NCBI GenBank assembly: GCA_964446535.1
Contig: CAYUOR010000003.1
Location: 14,871 to 78,870, forward strand
Direction of reading: 5' to 3'
DNA length: 64,000 bases
DNA from: an uncultured Candidatus Saccharibacteria bacterium
GTDB lineage: Bacteria > Patescibacteriota > Minisyncoccia > Phycocordibacterales > Zambryskibacteraceae
The position numbers and the translations under genes were made by a program. Shown here one piece after another: positions 18,297-28,239 of this stretch. Each line of letters opens with the position of its first letter. The first letter of the stretch is position 1. A model generated the notes under the pieces. The model made no database searches, was not told the origin of the DNA, and saw only the letters and a list, made by a program, of their open reading frames with translations.

Positions 18297-18512
18297 ATGA
18301 ACGAGGAATCACGACGGATCATTGTTCACGGGCTCATGAGTGGCTTGCCGCTCTGCGGGTTCACCAGGGAACTCCCCGTCGACTGGCCTTCAGGACACGA
18401 GTGGGTGGACCACCAGCACGTGGACTACATCACCTGCCCAAAGTGCAGAGCGGATACGGAGAGCATCCTGCTCAATCCGACTCTCGCGGTCCCACTCAAG
18501 CAGTCAGCTTGA
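18297..18512 (+). CDS. Small Cys/His-rich protein (about 71 aa), possible zinc-ribbon
   Basis: CGF...HEWVDHQH...CPKC ligand pattern. SD AAAGGGGGTGAG precedes the ATG at 18297 (the track used a GTG at 18291). A terminator follows. Confidence 0.35.
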   Translation: MNEESRRIIVHGLMSGLPLCGFTRELPVDWPSGHEWVDHQHVDYITCPKCRADTESILLNPTLAVPLKQSA

Positions 18513-18531
18513 CTACTCTCGTTGAAGTTAT

Positions 18532-18560
18532 AGCCGCCACGCGTTGGCGGCTTTTCTTTT
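18532..18560 (+). terminator. Rho-independent terminator (GCCGCCA CGCG TGGCGGC + TTTTCTTTT)
   Basis: 7-bp GC stem followed by a T-run. TAGAAT lies 7 nt before the next ATG. Confidence 0.6.
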
Positions 18561-18574
18561 GCTAGAATGTCTTT

Positions 18575-18877
18575 ATGAATAAAAAGGTTTTCAAAATGAG
18601 GGCTGAGGTCATTCTCTACCCTGGGATGGCTGGCTGGCACATGATTTATCTTCCGAAAAAAGAAGCTGGGGTGATAAAAAAAAGCTTTGGAGCACTACAC
18701 CGCGGTTGGGGTTCACTCCCCGTCCTCGCGACTCTCGGTAAAACCAGATGGAGGACTTCAATATTTTTTGATAAACGAAACGACACATATATTCTGCCAC
18801 TGAAAACCGAAGTGAGGAAAAAGGAGGGTGTTTTTGCCAGGGATCAGGTTCAATTTACTCTCGAGATAAAACCCTGA
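18575..18877 (+). CDS. DUF1905-like small protein
   Basis: 100 aa. The RAEVILYPGMAGWHMIYLPKKEAG...FFDKRNDTYILPLKTEVRKKEG pattern resembles the DUF1905 beta-barrel family. Confidence 0.5.
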   Translation: MNKKVFKMRAEVILYPGMAGWHMIYLPKKEAGVIKKSFGALHRGWGSLPVLATLGKTRWRTSIFFDKRNDTYILPLKTEVRKKEGVFARDQVQFTLEIKP

Positions 18878-18959
18878 AAAATTTTGATTATTTTGTGGCA
18901 ATAATATAGTATGCACGACGGACTTCGGGCTCTTTTCCAAAACCACCAAGGAGCCACCT

Positions 18960-19652
18960 GTGACCGCGAAAAACATAGTAGCAACACGCAGAAAGCGGGC
19001 GGAAGAGAAAAAGGATCATGCCGCAACCCAGAGGATGGGGCTTGAATACCAGTCTGATTCCGCCATCCAGCACGGTATCTTGCACAAAGCAAGAATCATC
19101 TACTACCCGACCCCTCCGCACCCGGAGGTCGGCGGAGATAGCGAGGGTGTGGTCAATATCGGTTCAACGCGAGTATTCATCAACGCAATGAATCTCATCG
19201 AGAGCTACTCGAAACCGAAAGCCGAGATTCGGGTCATCATCAATTGTCTCGGCGGGGACGAGTATCAGGGCATGGCGGTATACGACACTATCCGTCAATC
19301 AAAGCACCCCGTCATGATTGAAGGCAGAGGACAGATCATGAGCATGGGGGTTTTTATCCTCCAAGCAGGTGCCCGTCGATTGCTCTCGGAAAATGCGAGG
19401 CTCATGGTACACGTCGGAACTTGGGGTGATGCGGGAGAAATGCACTCCACAGACCACGCGAGGAATGCGCGAGAAGGAGTAAGACTCAAGAACATCTACC
19501 GTGATGTTCTTTGGAAAAGAATTAAAGAAAAACATCCTGACTACTCGCTTGAACAAATAAAAAATCTTATCAAGCACGATAAATACCTCTCTGCAACCGA
19601 GGCGGTGGAACTCGGTCTGGCAGACGAAATCATCCAACCCGCTCAGAAATGA
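18960..19652 (+). CDS. ClpP/S14-family serine protease homolog with 70-aa N-terminal extension
   Basis: VIINCLGGDEYQGMAVYDTIRQSKHPVMIEGRGQIMSMGVFILQAG...MVHVG matches the ClpP catalytic Ser/His context. SD AAGGAG precedes the GTG start. Local GC is elevated. Confidence 0.7.
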   Translation: MTAKNIVATRRKRAEEKKDHAATQRMGLEYQSDSAIQHGILHKARIIYYPTPPHPEVGGDSEGVVNIGSTRVFINAMNLIESYSKPKAEIRVIINCLGGDEYQGMAVYDTIRQSKHPVMIEGRGQIMSMGVFILQAGARRLLSENARLMVHVGTWGDAGEMHSTDHARNAREGVRLKNIYRDVLWKRIKEKHPDYSLEQIKNLIKHDKYLSATEAVELGLADEIIQPAQK

Positions 19653-19666
19653 GCGGGTTTTCTTTT
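19637..19666 (+). terminator. Rho-independent terminator (ACCCGCTC AGAAAT GAGCGGGT + TTTCTTTT)
   Basis: 8-bp stem overlapping the stop codon, followed by a T-run. Confidence 0.55.
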
Positions 19667-21449
19667 AACCGAAAGTGAAGGCAAAAAATGAAGCGCCGCT
19701 CCCTCGAATACGAAGTTCAAGAGAGTGCTCGCTGGAATTGTTGTTTTTAATAAGTTTGTAAAGTCGACTCTCTTTTATTGTAACTATTCCGTTTTTGACA
19801 TCGGCACCTGCCTCGGTCGTGACAAGTTTTCCGTCCTGCCAGACTTCTACTTCTATCGGCGCGGTAGCGTTGGCTACGATATAGACTTCCTTGGCGTGAT
19901 AGCGGTAGAGAATTTTGGCCTCGCCAAGAGTCTGGGCCGACTCCGGTCCTATGTTCCAAGTTCCGCCGAGGTATAAAATGTTTGGAAAAGGCGTAATAGG
20001 AAGAGTAAATTTTTGTTCGCCGGACCGGCCGCTAGTGCCGTTTCCAAGAAACTCATTCCTAAAAAAACCAAAATAAGTTTCGGGACTTCTAGCGGTAGTC
20101 ACCTGTTTGGGGATACTCTCTGCGACCAGGGTTCCGCCCATATCAAACGCGGCCCGCTCGCCAAGGACTTTGGCGCGTTCTTCAAGAAGTATTTTAATGC
20201 GTTTTTCCGTTTCTTCGTAAGCACCCTCGCCGATGTGGTCATAGACAACATTGCCATAGATATCTATTAAATATTTTCTCGGCCAATATCGATTACCATA
20301 AGCGTTCCAGGTACCGTAATCGTTGTCCAGGACGACAGGATAAGTAATGCCGAATTCTGCCATGGCTTTCTCAACATTACTTTTATCGCGTTCAAAGGCG
20401 AATTCCGGCGTGTGAATACCGATGATGATAAAACCGTCATCCTTGTAGCGCTCATACCAGGACACAAGATAAGGGAAAGTGCGTTGGCAGTTGATACAGG
20501 AGTAGGTCATGATATCAAGGAGAATCACTTTTTCGCCGACGTAGTCAGAAATTTTTATTGGAAGATTGTCGGTGTTCACAAAGCCGGCGGGTCTGGCAAT
20601 TTCTTTGAACGGTACGCCCTTTGGCTTAGGTGCTGGCGCAACAGCCGATTTTTCTTCAGCCGTGTCAGACTTTTCTAGGACTTCTTCACTTGAGCTGGTT
20701 TCAACTTCCAGGCGCTCCTCTTCCCTATCAAGGCGCTCCAGAAGTCGATTTTCTATTTTTGTGACGTCAAAGAATCCACTATCAAGAATTGCGACCTCTA
20801 ACTTCTTCTCATAACCAAGAGCAATTAAAATACCTAGCGCAATAAAAATAACACCTATGAAGCGACGGAGCTTGCTTTTGGGGTCGGTGATTACGGCAAG
20901 GCGCGAAGCAAAGCGTTCACCTAAAAGAGCAATCAATAGAAGTGCCAAGGAAAGGCCGAGCGTATAGGCAAGAAGGTATGCTGAACCGAGAAGAAAACTT
21001 GCCGGTAAAACAGAGGCGAGAATTACAAAATAGGTCGGTGAGCAGGTTGAGAAAATCGGACCAAGAGAGGCGCCGATGATTACATCGCCCCAAAAAGTTT
21101 TCTTCTGATAGCCCTCGCCCAAGAGCTTGTTTGAGCCGATAGAGAGCCGATTTATGCCTGGGACCTTACTCCAAATATCCGGGAAAAGGAGTGTTAAACC
21201 AAAAAAGAAGATAATACCGCCCGCAAGATACGTCCAAAATTCCGGCGGGACCATGATAAACGCTGTAGATGCCTTGAGGAGATAGGTGAAAACAATTATC
21301 GAGAGCGCAAGCGAGCCCACGACGATATATGGGGTCGCGCGGCTTCGACCCGAGGCAGACGAACCAAGAACTACCGGCAAAAGCGGTAATATGCAAGGCG
21401 CCAAAACTGTTAGAATTCCGGCAAGGAATGAGATTACCAGTAATGTCAT
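19665..21449 (-). CDS. DipZ-like fusion: CcdA/DsbD transmembrane thiol-disulfide transporter + thioredoxin-like (TlpA/ResA) domain
   Basis: The N-terminus is a multi-TM domain with LAPCILPLLP. The central domain carries a CxxC (SCINCQ) redoxin motif. 594 aa. Confidence 0.75.
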   Translation of the reverse strand: MTLLVISFLAGILTVLAPCILPLLPVVLGSSASGRSRATPYIVVGSLALSIIVFTYLLKASTAFIMVPPEFWTYLAGGIIFFFGLTLLFPDIWSKVPGINRLSIGSNKLLGEGYQKKTFWGDVIIGASLGPIFSTCSPTYFVILASVLPASFLLGSAYLLAYTLGLSLALLLIALLGERFASRLAVITDPKSKLRRFIGVIFIALGILIALGYEKKLEVAILDSGFFDVTKIENRLLERLDREEERLEVETSSSEEVLEKSDTAEEKSAVAPAPKPKGVPFKEIARPAGFVNTDNLPIKISDYVGEKVILLDIMTYSCINCQRTFPYLVSWYERYKDDGFIIIGIHTPEFAFERDKSNVEKAMAEFGITYPVVLDNDYGTWNAYGNRYWPRKYLIDIYGNVVYDHIGEGAYEETEKRIKILLEERAKVLGERAAFDMGGTLVAESIPKQVTTARSPETYFGFFRNEFLGNGTSGRSGEQKFTLPITPFPNILYLGGTWNIGPESAQTLGEAKILYRYHAKEVYIVANATAPIEVEVWQDGKLVTTEAGADVKNGIVTIKESRLYKLIKNNNSSEHSLELRIRGSGASFFAFTFG

Positions 21450-21941
21450 CTATTTTAACTTCGACACGATATCAGTCAGATTTGGCGAACCTTGCCATTT
21501 GGCGATTTGGTTTCCCGAAGCATCAACTTGAACAAGTGTGTGCTGGGTAGTAACGCCATATTTTTGCTTAAGAGATGTAGAGTTGTCGTAATCAACCTTG
21601 AGAATCGTTAGGTCACCAGGAAGATTTTTTAAGTTTGAATTAAGGTTTGATTCCAGGGCACGGCATGTCGGGCACCAAGCGGCGTGGAAGAAAAGGACAA
21701 CCTTGCCATCCTCTGCTTTAGCAAGTTTTTCCGGGCTGTAAGTCTCATAAGAACCCTTCTCCATCATTGCCTCGTTCTCAATCATTTTCTCGTCACCCTC
21801 CACCATTTCTTCTTTCTCCATAATCTCCCCCTCCTTTTCCATCATCGCCTCTTTTTCGGCAGATTTTCCGGTGGCGAAGTAAATTCCAAGCCCGGCAAGG
21901 ACCAAAATGATAATAAGAATCAGAATTGGTTTGTTGTTCAT
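21450..21941 (-). CDS. Membrane-anchored thioredoxin family protein
   Basis: WCPTC active site, N-terminal TM and an acidic linker. Confidence 0.8.
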   Translation of the reverse strand: MNNKPILILIIILVLAGLGIYFATGKSAEKEAMMEKEGEIMEKEEMVEGDEKMIENEAMMEKGSYETYSPEKLAKAEDGKVVLFFHAAWCPTCRALESNLNSNLKNLPGDLTILKVDYDNSTSLKQKYGVTTQHTLVQVDASGNQIAKWQGSPNLTDIVSKLK

Positions 21942-22032
21942 GGTTTTTTGTTAACTTCTCTTAATTAAATTAATTATACTAAGTATAATTTAGATGTAAA
22001 GCTTACTTTACATAGGGTGTGGATACCTCTCG

Positions 22033-22395
22033 CTACTTGTAGCGCTCAAAATAGATTCTTGAAACAAGCTTGGCAAGCACCATCACGACGAGAGTTAGGG
22101 CAATCCAGGGATCAATTTCGTGCTGTAGACCTTGCACAACAAGAGCTATGGTCAAAACAGCACTTCCAGAAAGATAGGCAATACGACCGGCATGCATTCT
22201 GTGGAGAAGCTCTCGCTCGTCTCCCCCGCTTTCTTTCATCACGAAAAACGTCCAGACGCACATTATCGCGGCAATTAAAAGCAGAGCTAGGGTAGCGACG
22301 AGTGGCGGCATCCAGTACATAAACGGATCTGTTAGAAGAAGGAGGAGAATAACCAAGGCTATTGCCAGAAAAATGTGGGTTAGATTACTTTTCAT
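22033..22395 (-). CDS. Hypothetical membrane protein (120 aa), co-transcribed with an XRE regulator
   Basis: Four hydrophobic helices. It overlaps the upstream HTH gene by 11 nt. Confidence 0.4.
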   Translation of the reverse strand: MKSNLTHIFLAIALVILLLLLTDPFMYWMPPLVATLALLLIAAIMCVWTFFVMKESGGDERELLHRMHAGRIAYLSGSAVLTIALVVQGLQHEIDPWIALTLVVMVLAKLVSRIYFERYK

Positions 22396-22597
22396 AAATT
22401 ATTTTAAAAACTTTCTCAACAGGTAGCTTGAAACATTGGGCGATTTTTATAGCAAGTAGAACCGAGGGAGTATAATTGCCTTTTTCTAAAGCAATAATCG
22501 TCTGCCGACTTACCTCAACTCTCTCGGCAAGCTCCTCTTGAGTCAGTTTGGCCTCTGCCCTCAGTTTACCCACCTCATTTTTAATAATATTGCTCAT
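22385..22597 (-). CDS. XRE-family helix-turn-helix transcriptional regulator (70 aa)
   Basis: [39 protein letters not shown] is a Cro/C1-type HTH. Confidence 0.8.
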   Translation of the reverse strand: MSNIIKNEVGKLRAEAKLTQEELAERVEVSRQTIIALEKGNYTPSVLLAIKIAQCFKLPVEKVFKIIYEK

Positions 22598-22696
22598 AAT
22601 GAAACTTACTTAGTTTAATGCTTAAATACACTTATGTAAAGAGAACTTTACAACATACTGGATACTAAGTTTAATCTTACCTGTTAGAATAATTGT

Positions 22697-23101
22697 ATGA
22701 AAATATTTATTTCCTACCTGGCTGTCTTATTGCCTTTGGTGACAATTGACGCCATGTGGCTCGGGCTTATAGCAAAAAATTTCTACACGAAACACCTTGG
22801 GTTTCTATTTGGGGAGTCAATAAATCTTGTGCCAGTTATTATTTTCTATCTTATTTATGCGCTGGCCATCCTGGTCTTTGCCGTTCAACCAAGTTTGTCG
22901 ACAGGTCTGTGGACCTTGGCTCTTTGGCGCGGAGCACTCCTTGGTCTTGCGGCATACGCAGCTTACGATCTGACAAACCAAGCCACCATATCTAATTGGC
23001 CGTCTTTGGTGACTGTTGTTGATTTGGCCTGGGGTGTTGTTGTGACGGGATTAGTAAGCGTTATTGCTTTTTTTATTCTAAACAACCTTAAGGGATTATA
23101 A
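22697..23101 (+). CDS. DUF2177-like small membrane protein
   Basis: 134 aa with four TM helices. Confidence 0.4.
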   Translation: MKIFISYLAVLLPLVTIDAMWLGLIAKNFYTKHLGFLFGESINLVPVIIFYLIYALAILVFAVQPSLSTGLWTLALWRGALLGLAAYAAYDLTNQATISNWPSLVTVVDLAWGVVVTGLVSVIAFFILNNLKGL

Positions 23102-23136
23102 TTTTCACTTATATTGCCCGATCCAAAGGCGTTTGC

Positions 23137-23706
23137 CTAGCGGGCTACGCAAATTGTTTCCGCATTCGGAAGAGACTCTTCGTTTGCGGCCTCTGGTGCG
23201 CAAACCTGTACTCTACCGTTACCCAAAAGCTCTACAGTATATGGAAGACCTGATGGTACTGGCTCCATCGGTAAGATCGAAATGTAGGTAGGGACTAGAC
23301 AACCCAGGTTTCCGGATATATTACCAAGGTCGGGAGTACCCATGGCTGAAGAAATCGGCGTACTGGAAGCTGGTATTCCATCACAATCATATTGAGTGGC
23401 AGATATTGTAAAGGAACCTTCGAAAACACCTTTGTTGTCCGCCAGGCGTTGGCCGATAGCGTTTAAAATAGCGTTAACATTTGATGAGCGTTGTGTATTT
23501 CTTGCTTGGGCAAACTGTTTTGCCGGATTAATGGCGACTATCACGATGCCGGCAAGAACGGCAATAATGCCAATAACCACAAGAATTTCTATCAGGGTGA
23601 AACCTTTGGTTTGTTTGTAATTAATATTACTGTTTTGCCTGACGCGCATTAGAGGTAGATCGGTTACTACACAAGCAAGATTATCACGCAAATTCGTGTT
23701 TCGCAA
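23137..23706 (-). CDS. Prepilin-type N-terminal cleavage/methylation domain protein (pilin-like); probable start at Met 23649
   Basis: KGFTLIEILVVIGIIAVLAGIV is a class III signal with a hydrophobic helix and Glu5. It has C-terminal Cys pairs. Confidence 0.7.
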   Translation of the reverse strand: MRNTNLRDNLACVVTDLPLMRVRQNSNINYKQTKGFTLIEILVVIGIIAVLAGIVIVAINPAKQFAQARNTQRSSNVNAILNAIGQRLADNKGVFEGSFTISATQYDCDGIPASSTPISSAMGTPDLGNISGNLGCLVPTYISILPMEPVPSGLPYTVELLGNGRVQVCAPEAANEESLPNAETICVAR

Positions 23707-23719
23707 TTAGCGGCCGAGG

Positions 23720-25738
23720 TTAAATCTCTTCCCAAGAACCTATAGAAATATTGGACGGAGAAAGAAGCGGAGGTGGAGGGGGTTGAGGAGGAGTAGCGCT
23801 CGCTGAAGGGCCGGCGGCTGGACAAGAAAGTTGGGCTATTGAGTTAAATATATCGGAGAGATAGGAAGAACTTGGTGCGATAAAGAAATAATCTCCATCA
23901 GTATTTTCACTCGCATAACCAGCAGAATTATTGCCGAAGTTATCGTTTGAGCCAGACTGGTGTGCATTGCCGAAATGTGAGTGACTCGGTAGGCCAGAAG
24001 CCGAAACGGAACCAGAAGCAAGGGCAGACAGAAGCTCTTGGCCATAAAAACCAGATGGGTCTGAACCATAAAAAACCGTAAAAATTTCTACCCCACTAAG
24101 TTTGGCGGCGTCGGCAGCATCAAGTGCTGCTTCCGCCGCATTCGGCGGCTCGTCTGGATCGCCGTCAGAAACCAAAAGAAGAACCTTCCTCTTTCCAGAA
24201 AGATGTCTAGGACCGTTAAGCTCAGCCGCCCCAACACTTATGGCATCGGCAAGGTTAGAGCCAACATTACTTGCCGATCCGGTGGCTTCCTCTATGGCAT
24301 CATAAAGATCACCGTCATTGTCGTCTCCGGGATTATCCTCGCCATAAATACGGGAAAGCCAGCCTATGGGCGACCGGCTGTGATAAACACGAACCGACAC
24401 CCAATCCAGAGCATAATCCCGACCGGCACATGAGGGGGCGCCGGTACAGTTCATTGTCAATCTGACTCTAAAATTATTGTTGGAAAAATCGTTAGCTACC
24501 CAAGATCGCCCCCAGAGATCGGAGCTGCTGCCGACCGTATCCGTATGGTAGGAATGTGTTGATTCGTCATTAGAAATTTTTGAAACCCAATTGGCTCCGC
24601 CGTTCCAAGAAATTTCAACAGTGATACTGTTTTCTCCCTCTACTGCCGTGTCGTGATTTTCTTCATCCGCCGGTAGCCACCAATCAAGCCGCACCTCTAT
24701 GCCGGTTATGGTTGTGTTTACAGGAATGGTTATGCCGTAGTTGTAGTAAATGTGTCTGTCACCGGCGCCATTTCTGTTCTCGGCAAAACTTATGCCGTCG
24801 TTGAGGGCGTTGAGAGGATAAAGTTCCAGGCCATCACCATCACCACCAGTTGTTGCGTCTTCTGCTGTTGGGCTAAGGAAACCGGTGCTACTTAAAACTC
24901 CGGGTACAATTTCCGCCTCAATACCGCCAGGTAAATTATCTCCAAACCTACCGATGCCAACTTGTGGAAATGGGTCAGTTGTGGAGGCAAATAAATTAAG
25001 TATGCCCTTGGCTGCAGCTTCCTCGTCAGATCGCGCCGAAGAAGAAAAATTAGATGTTCTATCAAGCATCAAAACAAGATCAGCGCAGTCTGGCGGCTCG
25101 CCAACAGAAATGGGTGCAGAGCAAGAACCAGAACCTCCAGGACCGCTGACAGAGCCCTCATAAGTGGTGCTTCTATCGGGGAAAACAAGTTCCTGCCCGC
25201 TAGTGTTTGGTTGGGGAGAAATAACAGAACCATTTGCGCGATCAGTAATAAAAAATGAGTCAGCATTAGTGGAGGTTGCCCAAGAAAGCCAGGCCGAACC
25301 GCCATCGTCTATATTGTCTGGGCTAATTGAAAGAGCACAGGCGGCCGGTGGTGGCAGGGGTGGTAAAGACGGATCAATAACGGTTGCGTTAGTCACAACA
25401 CTTGAGAAAGAGCCGTTAACTTCTGCCCAGGTTCTTATTTCTCTATTAAAGTCTCCACTCGGAAGAGAAACACTTTCAATGTGGCAAGTGTTTGAACCGA
25501 GAGTAATGACGTCATTGGATGGATTGTAGTAGTAATCCTCTCGAAGGTTTAGAAGTGCTACATTGACACAAGCTTCAGCGAGAGAGAGGGCTTGGCGCTT
25601 GAACTCATTCTGGAGAGCATTTGAGCGTGCGTAAAAAGCCGATGCGCCGGCCGTTACGGTAATAGCAAGAATCACGGCCGAGATTGCAAGAACCGATATA
25701 AGGGCGACGAAGCCGTGATCTTGGTTTTTTAAATTCAT
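23720..25738 (-). CDS. Large pilus-associated protein with pseudopilin-like N-terminal helix and von Willebrand factor A domain
   Basis: N-terminus HGFVALISVLAISAVILAI. VWA-like block VLLLVSDGDPDEPP...GVEIFTVFYGSDPSG. Pro-rich C-terminus. 672 aa. Confidence 0.65.
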   Translation of the reverse strand: MNLKNQDHGFVALISVLAISAVILAITVTAGASAFYARSNALQNEFKRQALSLAEACVNVALLNLREDYYYNPSNDVITLGSNTCHIESVSLPSGDFNREIRTWAEVNGSFSSVVTNATVIDPSLPPLPPPAACALSISPDNIDDGGSAWLSWATSTNADSFFITDRANGSVISPQPNTSGQELVFPDRSTTYEGSVSGPGGSGSCSAPISVGEPPDCADLVLMLDRTSNFSSSARSDEEAAAKGILNLFASTTDPFPQVGIGRFGDNLPGGIEAEIVPGVLSSTGFLSPTAEDATTGGDGDGLELYPLNALNDGISFAENRNGAGDRHIYYNYGITIPVNTTITGIEVRLDWWLPADEENHDTAVEGENSITVEISWNGGANWVSKISNDESTHSYHTDTVGSSSDLWGRSWVANDFSNNNFRVRLTMNCTGAPSCAGRDYALDWVSVRVYHSRSPIGWLSRIYGEDNPGDDNDGDLYDAIEEATGSASNVGSNLADAISVGAAELNGPRHLSGKRKVLLLVSDGDPDEPPNAAEAALDAADAAKLSGVEIFTVFYGSDPSGFYGQELLSALASGSVSASGLPSHSHFGNAHQSGSNDNFGNNSAGYASENTDGDYFFIAPSSSYLSDIFNSIAQLSCPAAGPSASATPPQPPPPPLLSPSNISIGSWEEI

Positions 25739-26223
25739 CTGCGTAGATATTTAATAGTCGAGAAATCTTGAGATAGCGATATGCCGTCTGGAGTTCTGGC
25801 GTTTGCGGTAAAGCTTGCTTCGAGACTTTCCGGATTAATGCCGACGCCCGATTCAACAGAGTGCACAAAACTTAAGTTACTTATCCAGACGTTGGTGTTG
25901 TTGAGAATCTCTGGCGTAGTTGTGCCACGAGCAATGCGGAGATTATTATTATTTAGATCAATAATAATCTCTGTACCATCAAAAGTTATTACCGAAAGCG
26001 AGCTTGAAGCACTTACGGGCCAAATAACTTCACTTGTATTTGAAAATACCCAATCAATCTTGGCGGATAAAAATGTGCCTTCTTCTAGAATCATGGCCTT
26101 GGTTTGATTGCGGCTTGAAGTCTGGCTGACACTGTAGACGGAAGTGAGTATCCCCGCCATGATAACTGAAAAGAGGGCGAGATAAATAAGTGTTTCTATC
26201 AGTGTAAAGCCTTTCTTTTTCAT
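25735..26223 (-). CDS. Minor pilin (prepilin-type N-terminus)
   Basis: MKKKGFTLIETLIYLALFSVIMAG. Confidence 0.7.
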   Translation of the reverse strand: MKKKGFTLIETLIYLALFSVIMAGILTSVYSVSQTSSRNQTKAMILEEGTFLSAKIDWVFSNTSEVIWPVSASSSLSVITFDGTEIIIDLNNNNLRIARGTTTPEILNNTNVWISNLSFVHSVESGVGINPESLEASFTANARTPDGISLSQDFSTIKYLRR

Positions 26224-27749
26224 GAACTTGTTATCACGGTTATATAACCAGAACCAGCCGTATCAGACGAGCCAACATAAATAAAGTTACCCTCACAATC
26301 GATGCTTCTGCCTACACTACCTGATGGCATGGGAATTGAGGCGGAAGAAATTATGTTTGAAGGATTGGTGGTGTTAAGAATTTTTAAACTTTCGTTAGTC
26401 AAAATAAAAGATAAATAATCTCTGACCAAAAGATCGTTTATGCTATCGTCTGCAGCATATTCCCCTATTGGCGTATCATTAACAGCTGTTGGATTTGAAA
26501 CGTCTATGATATGAAATTCCGGGTTTGATGAAAACACGGTTTCGGTTCTTCCCAAATACAGAGTATCTCCGACAAGAGCCAGGCTCTTTCCATTTCCCGC
26601 GTTATCATTGGCGTGGAAACCGCCGACTCTTGACGGATTCCTGGGGTCAATAATATTTATTATCGTTAGCTGCTCCTGCGGGTTGTTAGAACTGTCAGTT
26701 GGGTGGGCGAGATAGGCGTGGCCGTTACGAACCGCCAAAGCATTTACCGGCTGGAGTGAACTTTGTCCTTGAGTTGGCCAGCCGCCCACCCAGAACGGTG
26801 AGAGGGGGGTGTGGACATCTATGATATGAAACTCTGGTCCGCTTCCAGTCTTTGAAAGCCCGAGATAAATATATCCATCCTTATAAAAAATATTTTTACC
26901 TATAGCCTGACCGCCCGAGCCAGTCACTCTGGCCCCAGATGAGGTTGCAAGCTTCAGACTGACTATAGCTGGATTCCAGTTGCTAGTGGGTGAGCTGACA
27001 TCCACCACCTGAAGCTGGGCACAACTTGGTCCCACCGAGCAGGAGTTAAAATTTGCATCGTGTGCGTTCGCGACATACGCGTAATCCCCGGCGACCTTGA
27101 CGGCGTTGAGGCCGTCTCTTGTACTACCGGCATTGTCTGTACCGCCCAAATATATAGGCTTCGTTGATTGATTTGAAATATCAAAAACAAAAAGAGTTTT
27201 GTCGATATTTACCGCAGTTTCACCGACCGTTACATAAAGCTTCCCCCTATAAGCATCGAGATCGGTAACTGGATATGTGCCAGAAAGACCGGCGGGCAGA
27301 AGATCAGAGGCGCGCAAAGTATATGTACGAGCTACGGGGCTAGACCAATTACCTTCTGGAGAAGAATTGCAGGTAGAGGCGCCAACGGAACTTGAAAAAT
27401 CTGTTACGATAGTTTTTAATTCAACACTTTGTCTCAGGCCGCGCTCGCTTTGCCAACTGATTTCTACCACTACCTCTTTTGTTAAAAAGTCTGGGCGAAG
27501 ATTTACAGAAATTCTCTCGGTGTAGAAGCCGTTGTGGGTCGTGGTGGAATTTACCAAATTAAAATCTTTCCGCGCCAGCGCCTGTTGTCTTTCTATAAGA
27601 GCTTGTGCTCGTTTAAGTGCTTCACTCGCGGACTCGCTACTGGCAAGCGACATCTGATTGCCAAAAGAAATAAGTATCACAGATGAGAGAACTATGACCA
27701 TTATGGTCATGGCGATAATCACTTCCAGGGTTGAAAATCCTTTATTCAT
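26220..27749 (-). CDS. Pilin-like protein with large beta-propeller-type C-terminal domain; true start at Met 27749 (MNKGFSTLEVII)
   Basis: Class III signal GFSTLEVIIAMTIMVIV. It is followed by about 450 aa rich in repeated G..YVAN/LVIVD-like segments. The start abuts the stop of the upstream gene. Confidence 0.6.
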   Translation of the reverse strand: MNKGFSTLEVIIAMTIMVIVLSSVILISFGNQMSLASSESASEALKRAQALIERQQALARKDFNLVNSTTTHNGFYTERISVNLRPDFLTKEVVVEISWQSERGLRQSVELKTIVTDFSSSVGASTCNSSPEGNWSSPVARTYTLRASDLLPAGLSGTYPVTDLDAYRGKLYVTVGETAVNIDKTLFVFDISNQSTKPIYLGGTDNAGSTRDGLNAVKVAGDYAYVANAHDANFNSCSVGPSCAQLQVVDVSSPTSNWNPAIVSLKLATSSGARVTGSGGQAIGKNIFYKDGYIYLGLSKTGSGPEFHIIDVHTPLSPFWVGGWPTQGQSSLQPVNALAVRNGHAYLAHPTDSSNNPQEQLTIINIIDPRNPSRVGGFHANDNAGNGKSLALVGDTLYLGRTETVFSSNPEFHIIDVSNPTAVNDTPIGEYAADDSINDLLVRDYLSFILTNESLKILNTTNPSNIISSASIPMPSGSVGRSIDCEGNFIYVGSSDTAGSGYITVITSS

Positions 27750-27750
27750 T

Positions 27751-28230
27751 TTATTTTGTCCAGAAAATCTGTCCTTCGGAGCCAATAGTTGTGGTTGAAA
27801 CGGTGCCAGAATCGGAAATAATAATATCCCCCGCTGTAAACACTTCGCCCGAGAGTGGCTGGAAAACGATTTCAGCCAGTCCTGTGACGAAAGCGCCACC
27901 AGTCTTTTCAACCACCTCGTTGTATTCGTCATCGGGATTATAAGAACTGCCCTGAAAAATTATGAATCGGTCACTCTCTATCTTTACGCCATGTGGTAGA
28001 CCGTCCGTGCAGAGTGGTCCGAAACAAGTATTGCTTATTGCTAAGGCACGAGCTCGGTGTAGGGTGCTTATAAGGAGGTCTCGATCTGAGCGAAAAATTT
28101 GTTTTTTGAAACTATCTACCCCCATAACCATAGAAAACCCGCCGATGAGAGCCACCAAGCCGAGCACTACGAGAATTTCCATTAGGGTCATTCCTCGGTC
28201 GAGTCTCTGTTTTCGGAGAACGTGCGACAT
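27751..28230 (-). CDS. Pseudopilin / minor pilin
   Basis: RGMTLMEILVVLGLVALIGG. Confidence 0.65.
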   Translation of the reverse strand: MSHVLRKQRLDRGMTLMEILVVLGLVALIGGFSMVMGVDSFKKQIFRSDRDLLISTLHRARALAISNTCFGPLCTDGLPHGVKIESDRFIIFQGSSYNPDDEYNEVVEKTGGAFVTGLAEIVFQPLSGEVFTAGDIIISDSGTVSTTTIGSEGQIFWTK

Positions 28231-28239
28231 TTGTCTGGA

